Positions 9,702 to 17,774 of a stretch of 64,000 nucleotides of DNA are shown piece after piece (position 1 is the stretch's first letter; every line of letters starts with the position of its first letter). Under the pieces are notes generated by a model. That model saw only the letters and a program-made list of their open reading frames with translations. It was not told where the DNA came from and ran no database searches. The stretch lies in the NCBI GenBank assembly GCA_964392315.1, contig CAYMOT010000003.1, positions 67,665 through 131,664 of the forward strand, read 5' to 3'. Position numbers and translations under genes: made by a program. Source of the DNA: an uncultured Candidatus Saccharibacteria bacterium (GTDB taxonomy: Bacteria; Patescibacteriota; 4484-211; JAGQKX01).

Positions 9702-10787
9702 ATGCGCAACCAATTTGGTGAAAGCGGCGAGCCACGCGTAACTACCGTAGAAGAAGCAGCCGGTCAAAACCTTGATCTCGGTGCAGAATTCTTTGATGGT
9801 CTCCCTGTCGCTGGAGAAGCTCCAGCCACCCTCGGCTACGAACCCTCAATCGACCAAATCAACGAGCGTGCTGCACAACTCGACCCCTATAACGAGCAGC
9901 CAGCTGATATTGTGTCTGCGCTAGCTCGAGAGCAGCTGGTAGCAGAGCACGATAAAGCCCTCCGAGATGCAGAGTTAGCGTTAGAAGCAACTCGTGCAGA
10001 GGAACAAAGACAAGAGCAGAACAGGCAAAAGGCCGAAGAGTGGAATGCAGCATATGAAGCATTGGTAACCCGAAACATAAACGAGTCACAAATGCTCTTA
10101 GATGGTATCGGCCTCGATGAGACCACTTGCACAGATGCGCAACTCTGGCTAAATATGGATAGCCTCAGGGGATACACTACCTGGCAACTACAAGAATTAC
10201 AAAAAAAGACCATGCGATGGTCAAGCAGAGCACGAGCAACCACATATGCTCCCGATGATTTACGAGAAGACATCCGTGTCGGTACAACAACATATGACGA
10301 AAAAGATAGAATGAGTGGACATATTCAAATAGATCGCTATGCCTCTGATGAAAGACGCAATTTCCAGATTCATCTGGTAGACCCTGACGTTAAGAAAGAA
10401 CAAGGACCTCATTTTCGCAATATGATGATACGTTATAAAGGCAAAGGGAAATTCGGATCCGTTGATTCGGGAAATCCGGAGCACACTCGTTTTTTTATAA
10501 ATATTGATGTATCCGGAAAGATCGGTTCATTAATGGAAGTATTACCTACGACAAACGAGGTTATTGGTGCATCTCCCGGTGCGTCACATATACAAGATCA
10601 AGAAGGAGAGCACAGAAAAGCCGAGCAAATACTTTACCGTTTGAAGCAAGAATTCGGAGTTGATCTCCAGCTAGAAGCACCAGAAGGAATGCAATTAGAC
10701 ATGCAAGCAACGATTGTTGACCTTATAGAACGTGCCGCAGAAGATCCAGATGCCATGCCTATCCCAAGATACAAAGTCATAGAATAA
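9702..10787 (+). CDS. Hypothetical protein
   Basis: The ORF opens at 9609, but the likely start is the ATG at 9702 (MRNQFGESGEP), preceded by TATAAT. About 361 aa with no motif I recognise. Confidence 0.5.
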   Translation: MRNQFGESGEPRVTTVEEAAGQNLDLGAEFFDGLPVAGEAPATLGYEPSIDQINERAAQLDPYNEQPADIVSALAREQLVAEHDKALRDAELALEATRAEEQRQEQNRQKAEEWNAAYEALVTRNINESQMLLDGIGLDETTCTDAQLWLNMDSLRGYTTWQLQELQKKTMRWSSRARATTYAPDDLREDIRVGTTTYDEKDRMSGHIQIDRYASDERRNFQIHLVDPDVKKEQGPHFRNMMIRYKGKGKFGSVDSGNPEHTRFFINIDVSGKIGSLMEVLPTTNEVIGASPGASHIQDQEGEHRKAEQILYRLKQEFGVDLQLEAPEGMQLDMQATIVDLIERAAEDPDAMPIPRYKVIE

Positions 10788-10990
10788 GCACGTCGTACTA
10801 CTATTTCAAAATCTACAGTTACGAAAATATTAAATATAAAGTCAATTTGAGATAGTCACAATTCCTCCCACTATACAGCCTCTAGTAGCGGTAAATATTC
10901 GTTTCAAGAATATCAGCCTAATAGGTGTAACTCCCTTTCACATCAAGACTTTCATCCTATTACATAATTAGGTTTGTTGACAAATACCCC

Positions 10991-11019
10991 TTGACATAAC
11001 TATAGGCTTATAGTAGAAT
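10991..11019 (+). promoter_or_regulatory. Near-consensus sigma70 promoter in a gene-free region
   Basis: TTGACA (10991-10996), a 17-nt spacer, then TAGAAT (11014-11019). No ORF lies downstream for about 680 bp. Confidence 0.4.
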
Positions 11020-11300
11020 AGATCCCATAAGAAACAACTAGCACATTAATCATCATTATTTGACGCTCAAAGGGAGAGGGCACGGAATCAAAAAACTATT
11101 ACTATGCTCGCTCCCCGCGGGCTTTTTGTATTATATGGGCTTAATATCAGCGGCAAGTAGCCACTATTTGCCAGTGATATTAATCACTTCCCAATCAGGG
11201 ATTGCACTTAAAAAATCAATTCGCTAGTTATTTACAAGGTCCTGAGCGATTCGACTGAGCTCATCGTCGAAGTCTTGCCGAAGGACGAACAGACTAGCCC

Positions 11301-11440
11301 ATTTGCAGGAACAAGAGAGGTAAGAATGAGAAATGAGAAATATGCACATGTGAAATGAAATTCATTTGCATATTTACACATTTGCTTATTTGCATATTTG
11401 TTTATTTGCTTATTCTCTTCTCTCTCGTTCCTGCAAACAG
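11301..11440. mobile_element. MITE-like palindromic element built around seven TATTTGCR-type octamers
   Basis: tttgcaggaacaagagag... (11301-11330) is inverted-complementary to ...ctctctcgttcctgcaaa (11411-11437), with about 21 of 24 positions matching. The core (11351-11412) is catttgca tatttaca catttgct tatttgca tatttgtt tatttgct tattctct. Confidence 0.45.
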
Positions 11441-11699
11441 AAAGTGAATAATAGCTTCGACCGTCTTGGGGTGCCAAGAAACGGATGTCCTCCGTTAACT
11501 GAGTTGAAATATACTCCTTCGAAGTTATACTAGCTTTCTCACTGTGGGAAAATAGACAGGTTGGCGTGCCTTGGCCACCTGTTTGCTGCTGCGCCCCCCA
11601 TTGCGGGATAATGCGCAGACCCCGCAAGGGGCGCACCAAAGGCAACAAGCACTCAACCGCGGCATCCGCCGCTTATTAGCTTCACCAAGGAGGTTTGAG

Positions 11700-12602
11700 A
11701 TGAAGCAATATCGTCTGTTCGCTCTGTTCCTGGCCAGCATGATTCTGCTGGCCCTTGCCGCCTGCGGCGGTATGGTCGTCGGGGATCCGACCAATCCGAC
11801 CGGATCCAACTTCAGTGCCGAAGGCGGCACCATCGTCGTCATCGTCCCCGAAGACTATCCCATTGAGCCGGCGTATGCCGACTTCAACGGGATCAAGTTG
11901 ACGGTCGACCGCGTTGCGGCGCAGGTGCCCGGGTTTGATCCCTCCTTGCTGATCGGCGACCCCGTGGTCGCGGAGGCGGCCGGGATCAAGTACTATAGCA
12001 TCTTCGCTGATCAGCAGAACGCGACGCTCGATATCAACGGCGCGGCCATCACCTCGCCGATCGAGTCGACGCAAGAACTGCTGGCGATTGCCGCCAACGC
12101 CGGAATGTTCCCCGTCGAGGGCGCCACGGCTCTCAGCGCCGCTCTCGACTTCGTCGAGGGCAGTGGGTGGAACTTCAACTTCGCGATCGTCTACCCGGGT
12201 TTTGACACGGCGGTCGACGAGTTGCCGTGGGTGGCGGCCGACTTGGCCGCTCAAGCGGCTGCGCAGCAGACCGCCGCCCAGCAGCCGGCGCCGGTGGCCA
12301 CGCTGAGCCCGCTCGGCCAGCAGCTGGTCGCCGCCGGCCAGCCCGCGGTGCCGGCCTCGCCGGCGCCATGGGAAGGGATCGATCTCACGGGGGACATGTT
12401 TTCCCCATTGGATTACGAGTCCGCCACCCAGGCGGCCCGCCGTATCGGCACGCAAGGGTACTCGACACGGTGCCTCAGTTTGTACTTTGAGGCAGTGGTG
12501 GAGTGGGATTTCGAGCCTAACGGCGACGGGAACCCGAACCACTGGGACTACTGGCGCACGGACGTCGAGATCCCCCTGCCGGCCGTCTGCCTGGCCAACT
12601 AG
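11700..12602 (+). CDS. Lipoprotein, Ala/Pro-rich, GC-rich foreign-looking gene
   Basis: The ORF track starts at 11571, but an AAGGAGG Shine-Dalgarno precedes the ATG at 11700. MKQYRLFALFLASMILLALAACGG is a lipoprotein signal with lipobox LAAC. GC is very high, and the antisense shadow ORFs here are spurious. Confidence 0.65.
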   Translation: MKQYRLFALFLASMILLALAACGGMVVGDPTNPTGSNFSAEGGTIVVIVPEDYPIEPAYADFNGIKLTVDRVAAQVPGFDPSLLIGDPVVAEAAGIKYYSIFADQQNATLDINGAAITSPIESTQELLAIAANAGMFPVEGATALSAALDFVEGSGWNFNFAIVYPGFDTAVDELPWVAADLAAQAAAQQTAAQQPAPVATLSPLGQQLVAAGQPAVPASPAPWEGIDLTGDMFSPLDYESATQAARRIGTQGYSTRCLSLYFEAVVEWDFEPNGDGNPNHWDYWRTDVEIPLPAVCLAN

Positions 12603-12654
12603 CGAATTCAGTCCCGCCTTCACCGGCGAGACACTAGCCCCTAAGAAGGGCACC

Positions 12655-12705
12655 AAAAAAGAAGAGCGTAGCTATCCGAGCTACGCTCTCTTCTTATTTG
12701 CTTTC
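12655..12705 (+). terminator. Rho-independent terminator after the lipoprotein gene
   Basis: agaagagcgtagct-atccg-agctacgctctcttct stem-loop followed by a T-rich tail (tatttgctttc). Confidence 0.65.
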
Positions 12706-12723
12706 AAATTTTGAAGATAAATA

Positions 12724-12835
12724 AGAGGAACTACTAAACTCCAATTGCACATTTAAATAATTTCATCGACACCTCCATCGAAGGATCTAGCCGATACACA
12801 TTGCTTCCTGATAGATAGTTGGATGGAGGTGTAGG
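12724..12835 (+). promoter_or_regulatory. Conserved 5' leader copy 1 with anti-SD/SD hairpin
   Basis: About 55 nt (gaggaactac...ccaattgcacatttaaataatttcatc) nearly identical to 13311-13365. cacctccatc (12770-12779) is perfectly complementary to gatggaggtg (12821-12830), which holds the Shine-Dalgarno immediately 5' of the ATG at 12836. Confidence 0.55.
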
Positions 12836-13228
12836 ATGTGGAAAAGAATTGTTGATTTTATTTTTGAATTCGTAAATACCATGGCCTTTCTAGTAATGGC
12901 TGTGGCTATATTCGGTATGGCTGATGTCCAGATCGTTGCGGTAACCGCGGATTCGTCCGATGTTACTGTGACGTTCCGCGGGCAAGACCGTAGTATTGGC
13001 AACAACAGCTACGGTTTGATCGCAACGAATGTTCCCTTGTGGGATCTGGACGCCATCCAGGTCCAGATCGAGGGCAACCCTGAGTGGGTCGCCACCCAGG
13101 TTACCTATCCGAAGATCCTTCGGGTATTTGGGGTACATGGGTGCCTCGACCTGCAAGGTGTTGCGGAGGACGCCGTCGAACAAGAAATTACCGACGTCAT
13201 ATGCAGAATTACCTACACAGGTAGGTAG
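12836..13228 (+). CDS. Small membrane/secreted hypothetical protein
   Basis: 130 aa with an N-terminal hydrophobic segment; preceded by the conserved leader. Confidence 0.55.
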   Translation: MWKRIVDFIFEFVNTMAFLVMAVAIFGMADVQIVAVTADSSDVTVTFRGQDRSIGNNSYGLIATNVPLWDLDAIQVQIEGNPEWVATQVTYPKILRVFGVHGCLDLQGVAEDAVEQEITDVICRITYTGR

Positions 13229-13249
13229 CCTGCAAGAGACATAAACAGC

Positions 13250-13290
13250 AAGAAGGTGTGGAACCCACACCTTCCTTCTCTTTTGTTTTC
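13250..13290 (+). terminator. Rho-independent terminator
   Basis: gaaggtgtgg-aaccc-acaccttc hairpin followed by cttctcttttgttttc. Confidence 0.65.
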
Positions 13291-13310
13291 AATCACTTGA
13301 AAGCAGACGA

Positions 13311-13410
13311 GAGGAACTACTGAATTCCAATTGCACATTTAAATAATTTCATCAACGCCTCCACCAAGATCCTAGATCTGCTATGTGTTTTGGGATTTTA
13401 GTGGAGGTTT
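13311..13410 (+). promoter_or_regulatory. Conserved 5' leader copy 2 with anti-SD/SD hairpin
   Basis: Shares the conserved 55 nt with copy 1. cctccac (13359-13365) pairs with gtggagg (13401-13407) directly upstream of the ATG at 13411. The cat/gatg to cac/gtgg difference is compensatory and preserves the stem. Confidence 0.55.
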
Positions 13411-13830
13411 ATGATGAGACAAAGACATGGGTGGTTACTAACTTTCGCCTTACTAGCGCTTGTACTCGCCCTGGCGCAGGTGGGCGAAACACTTGTCCCC
13501 AAGGACAAGATATTCAGCGATGAATTCTATACGCTCCCTGCAGTAGAGAATACAGTCCGCCTAAACGTGAGAGGCATAGGCGAGGGAACGTATCAGATCC
13601 TCGGCTTCTGGGATGAAGCCCCTTGGAAGTTCGAGGAAAACAACGAAGGGGTTGTCGGGTATATACCCAGCCGTCACCCCATGATCGCGGTAAACGGACA
13701 GTGGACCGCAATTACTCTTCGGATCATTGGCGATACCGAGTACGTCGTCATGTTCGACAATAATTACCGGTATCACGTGGAAGAAGAGAGTTTGACTAAT
13801 GGGGTAATCGTCACGATCACCCACTATTAA
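13411..13830 (+). CDS. Secreted hypothetical protein
   Basis: 139 aa with signal peptide MMRQRHGWLLTFALLALVLALAQV. Confidence 0.6.
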   Translation: MMRQRHGWLLTFALLALVLALAQVGETLVPKDKIFSDEFYTLPAVENTVRLNVRGIGEGTYQILGFWDEAPWKFEENNEGVVGYIPSRHPMIAVNGQWTAITLRIIGDTEYVVMFDNNYRYHVEEESLTNGVIVTITHY

Positions 13831-13874
13831 TAGTATCACCGGCGAAACGACAATGCCGGGAAAGGAGATAAGAC

Positions 13875-14330
13875 ATGAAACGTTTGCTTCTTTTTGCTGG
13901 CCTACTGCTTCTGGGTATAGCCATTGGTGCGGCCGGAGGCTACGGCGTCGGCGTTCCCGTCGGGGAGGATCGGGCGTTCGACAAGACTGCCCAGTACCTC
14001 CACCAAGGCGGCACGCCCCCGTGGGCCGGCCAGGGCAATGAGGGCCTGGCCCTGTGCATCACTCTCACCGAAGGTGAGGATGCAGGGGCCCGTTGCCTCA
14101 CAGAAGTGGACGAGGAGCAAGCGGAGGAAGAGGCACCGTCCCCAGCCAACAACAATAGCGGTTCGCCCACGCCACAGACTTCGCCCACGGCACTGCCGAC
14201 CGTGGACTTGCATATTACGATCCTGTCACCGGCAGTCCCGACGCAAGTGGCAGCGACCCCAACTATCGCCTCGTCGGCGACCCCCTCGCCGACCGCGACA
14301 GCTCGTCCCACCCGGGACACAGGCGACTAA
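13875..14330 (+). CDS. Secreted Pro/Thr/Ala-rich hypothetical protein
   Basis: 151 aa. Signal peptide MKRLLLFAGLLLLGIAIGAAGG and a low-complexity PT-rich C-terminus; GC-rich. GGAGA Shine-Dalgarno upstream. Confidence 0.6.
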   Translation: MKRLLLFAGLLLLGIAIGAAGGYGVGVPVGEDRAFDKTAQYLHQGGTPPWAGQGNEGLALCITLTEGEDAGARCLTEVDEEQAEEEAPSPANNNSGSPTPQTSPTALPTVDLHITILSPAVPTQVAATPTIASSATPSPTATARPTRDTGD

Positions 14331-14331
14331 C

Positions 14332-14369
14332 GAGAGCGTGGCCAAGTGAACAACTTGGCCACGCTCTCA
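14332..14369 (+). terminator. 16-bp perfect stem-loop after the island's last gene
   Basis: gagagcgtggccaagt-gaaca-acttggccacgctctc. No U-tract follows, so it may be a GC-type terminator or a stability element. Confidence 0.45.
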
Positions 14370-14686
14370 CGCATCAGCTCTAAACCCACATCACAAAAAT
14401 ACACTGCATTCTATACTGTAAAAATTAAGAGAGTACTCTCACAGGAGAACGACTATGTTTAAGTTATTCGTAAGAGACAAATTGCCTGAGCATCAGGCCC
14501 TATTAGGTGGTTAAGATACGACAAACGACACAGTTTACCAAATCATTTTTGAAAGCTACCCTACAAACTTCAAAACATACAATATCCGTACCTATTTGTT
14601 AGTAACTTCGTATACTTTGCACCTGCTTGAAACCAGCACCTTTTATTGTTATAATTAGGTTCATCACGATGACCAAGCTAAGCAGC

Positions 14687-15189
14687 CTAAGGTTTCGACC
14701 GACCGCTGATCTTGGTCTTTTTTATTTGTAAGCTTTCTTTCAATAAATCTATTCTGACAACGTATTCATTGAATCTCCTTAATAGGCTAGAAAACTTTTT
14801 GTTTGGTACCATCAACCGAAGTAACTTATCTTTTCCTTCCAAATATTCTATCAAGCAATGAAAATCTCCATCGCCCGTTGCAATAATTGCTTTATTATAG
14901 CTTTTGTAGTGAATCATCGTGTGCAGCACTAACTCTGCGTCGACATTTCCTTTTACAGTACCGTCAGGTAATTCTAACGTAGGCTTGAATATCAAAATAA
15001 AACCGCACTCTTGTAAATGCGTATACAAAAACTCATTACCTGTCTCACATGTCCTATAAACACATACGCCTTAATGACACTGTATTTATTTCGTAGATAC
15101 TGACGAAATTTACTCCAATCCAAAATCCAACCCTGTGAACGGATACCAAGATTGACGTTTTGGCTATCAATAAACGCGTAGTTAGACAT
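14687..15189 (-). pseudogene. NYN-domain (LabA-like) nuclease gene disrupted by a frameshift
   Basis: ORFs 14992..15189 (N-terminal part, ...FIDSQNVNLG...) and 14687..15028 (C-terminal part, ...GNVDAELV...ATGDGDFHCLIEYL...) overlap in different frames. Together they form one NYN domain of about 170 aa. The shift falls near an A-rich run at about 14990-15010. Confidence 0.5.
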
Positions 15190-15296
15190 AAGGTCACTAT
15201 ATGTAATAGTATATACCGCAACCCTTCTCCTGAATCAATCCTGATCTCGCTATTCGGAAACTATAGACAGACCTTTATTGTTTATTTCATTGCCCT

Positions 15297-17435
15297 TTGC
15301 TATGCTTGATCTGTATGCATCAATCTCCCGAGCTCAGACACGAAATACTATCGCAGTACAGAGCCGCACGTGAGACTCTTACTCCAGAACAACGGGCAAA
15401 TCTTAGAGACATTCTCCGCGACGCTGAAAATCCTGCTCGTGCATATGACTGGTTTATTGGACTATTGGGTGATGAAGACTTAGCGGCACCCGAATCTTAT
15501 AACGCGTCACCATCTGAGCAAGAACTCTTAGAGAGGCAGTTAGAACTTGTCGATGCATTAGACACCTTTGTTGCAGATCCCCTAAGCATTCCTACCGAAA
15601 GGCACCCACAGCTCCTGAGACACTTAGCGTATCAGATGGAACGTGACCTCCCTACCCTCACCGGTGACCCACTCAAACCCGGAGAACATCTTGTGTCTCT
15701 TTCATTTAATGGTGTAAAAGCACTTAACCAAAACGGCGCAGGCATACATATAACCAATTTAATCCTCCAAAGATTTCGACAAGAGATAGACACCGCACTA
15801 CGGCAGCATGACCTAGTGGATGTAACAATGATCCCAACACAACAGCTATGGAAACGGGTAAGTTTTCGGATTTCCGAAGGAGATGCGGCTACGATCAGAG
15901 AAAAAACAGCGATACTCGAAGCACAAGTAACAGAACGGATACAGGCATATATCGACACATTTGATGATATAGACATCCCTCCGGAAGCAAAAACAGAAAC
16001 AAAGAATTCCATCCATATAACAAGCGGACTTGCATCTGCGCGGGAAAGCGAAATGGATGTTTTTGATGCATTGCAGATATCTGTCATGCAGTGTGAGGCC
16101 CAAAACTTTTTTGACGATTGTGAGGACAAGCGAGAAGTAATCCGAAGATATCTGGAAGAAACGCCAGGAGCTCAAGAAGTACTCGCACTGCTTGATCGTG
16201 AACTACCCGACACGTCTGAAGAACAGATGCAGCATTTGTTCGAAACATCGGATGCAATACATAGATATATCGTGGCTGTCTCCCAAAGATATGCACCTAC
16301 TTATGTAGAAGAAATGCCAGAGCTAAATGGCAATCTAGGCTTATCCGAGACATTCTTTGCTCATATTAGGCAAGACAACCTTGCAGCCATGTTTGATGCG
16401 TTTGAAGGTGCACCACTTACGCGAGGTGAAATAATCGCACTCTCACACCTTGGCGGTCTGTATACAAAGTCACTATTCACTCCTGCAGTACTCAAAGAGT
16501 TTACCCACGAACAATCAGCCCAGCATACCCGCAAGACCCAAGCATTACAGTCATCAACTGAACGAATACTGGCACTCGCAAAAGTGGGCAAAGTAACTCC
16601 TGAAAACGCACTTACCGCGAAACAACATCTTGCAGAAGCATGGGATCATCTACGAAGAGACCATCGGTTTACTGATGCTGGGCTCAATGGGTTATTCATG
16701 AATTCGCTTTTTTTTGATGAAACTGCATTAGCATATGACTCCCCGCAGTATTTATCACTTGACCTTATAGGAGTAGGCGCCGAATATCTAAAAGAAGCAC
16801 AGGTTGCCCAACAACGCATTGCTGCAACTGGCAACACCTATGCAGCCATCGTTACAGAAACAAGAACCCTGAGCGAAAACAGCTGGAGACGAATAAAAAG
16901 AACCTTTGACACAGTCGGCACATCACTCACGCAAGAACCATCTATCGCACCGTATATTACAGAAAATTATGGCCTAATTCCTGCGTTTACCAAGGGAGAT
17001 GAGATGGTGATCGCAATCCCCGGAACTATTCCAACCGAGGATATTATTCGGGCGATGCAGCGGTCGCTTCGAGAGTTGGGCTCGGAACATGGAAAAAAGG
17101 ATGCGCGGGTTTCTCTTGCGACAGCAGTACGACCTGACCTGCCCCACCAATCACCTAATGACCGAATTGCAGCACATCTTGATACACGTGTTCTGAGTGA
17201 AAAAGTGGGGATTGATATTGCGAAGAAATTAGAATTAATAATCCCGGATGGCGTAACAGAAATTGCACGGGATGAACATGGTACCATTCGATTCCGCGTT
17301 CATTGGGGTAAGACAGCAACTCAAACTACACGATGGTTTGACGTTAGTGACATACTAGATAAATCCGATGATGAAGATGATTTAGATCAATATAACCGAT
17401 TGCTTGATGAGATTCGTTCTATAGTTAGGGAATAA
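15297..17435 (+). CDS. Large hypothetical protein (712 aa)
   Basis: Long uninterrupted ORF with no motif I recognise; acidic C-terminus. Confidence 0.55.
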   Translation: MLCLICMHQSPELRHEILSQYRAARETLTPEQRANLRDILRDAENPARAYDWFIGLLGDEDLAAPESYNASPSEQELLERQLELVDALDTFVADPLSIPTERHPQLLRHLAYQMERDLPTLTGDPLKPGEHLVSLSFNGVKALNQNGAGIHITNLILQRFRQEIDTALRQHDLVDVTMIPTQQLWKRVSFRISEGDAATIREKTAILEAQVTERIQAYIDTFDDIDIPPEAKTETKNSIHITSGLASARESEMDVFDALQISVMQCEAQNFFDDCEDKREVIRRYLEETPGAQEVLALLDRELPDTSEEQMQHLFETSDAIHRYIVAVSQRYAPTYVEEMPELNGNLGLSETFFAHIRQDNLAAMFDAFEGAPLTRGEIIALSHLGGLYTKSLFTPAVLKEFTHEQSAQHTRKTQALQSSTERILALAKVGKVTPENALTAKQHLAEAWDHLRRDHRFTDAGLNGLFMNSLFFDETALAYDSPQYLSLDLIGVGAEYLKEAQVAQQRIAATGNTYAAIVTETRTLSENSWRRIKRTFDTVGTSLTQEPSIAPYITENYGLIPAFTKGDEMVIAIPGTIPTEDIIRAMQRSLRELGSEHGKKDARVSLATAVRPDLPHQSPNDRIAAHLDTRVLSEKVGIDIAKKLELIIPDGVTEIARDEHGTIRFRVHWGKTATQTTRWFDVSDILDKSDDEDDLDQYNRLLDEIRSIVRE

Positions 17436-17441
17436 TACGTA

Positions 17442-17771
17442 CTAATCTGAAGATTGTTGCTGGAGAAGTTCTTTCATACCTCCTACCTGCAATTGTTCGA
17501 CATATTCACGCGTCAGTTCATCACTTACTTTCTGGGGTTCTTCACCGGTTTCTTCAATAAATCTTTGTCTGATATATGCATTTGCCTCTTCTTCATCTTC
17601 AATTTGCTCTAGCTTTTGATAATCCTCCTCTACCATTATCTTGGTAAGCATACGATCCATGTTTCTGGCAACTTCAATGCCTATTGATTCCACAACCAAT
17701 GCTCGTTCAGCTTGACTTAGTTGCATCTTATTAAATAATTCTTCAAGTTTTTGAGCTATTTGTGTATCCAT
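17442..17771 (-). CDS. Small acidic helical protein (109 aa), partner of the 662-aa protein
   Basis: Immediately downstream of 17775..19763 on the same strand; highly acidic and predicted all-helical. Confidence 0.5.
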   Translation of the reverse strand: MDTQIAQKLEELFNKMQLSQAERALVVESIGIEVARNMDRMLTKIMVEEDYQKLEQIEDEEEANAYIRQRFIEETGEEPQKVSDELTREYVEQLQVGGMKELLQQQSSD

Positions 17772-17774
17772 AGG

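Noticed and set aside
11232-11648. 138-aa minus-strand ORF spanning the octamer repeat/MITE
   Set aside because: It translates the tandem octamers (NKQINKYANKQMCKYANE) and intergenic sequence, with no Shine-Dalgarno and no support.
11682-12656. 324-aa minus-strand ORF and several 60-140-aa ORFs (12088.., 12175.., 12227.., 13902.., 13924.., 13940..) overlapping the GC-rich genes
   Set aside because: Arg/Pro/Gly-rich shadow ORFs of the kind high-GC DNA produces on every strand. The plus-strand genes have a Shine-Dalgarno, signal peptides and terminators; these do not.
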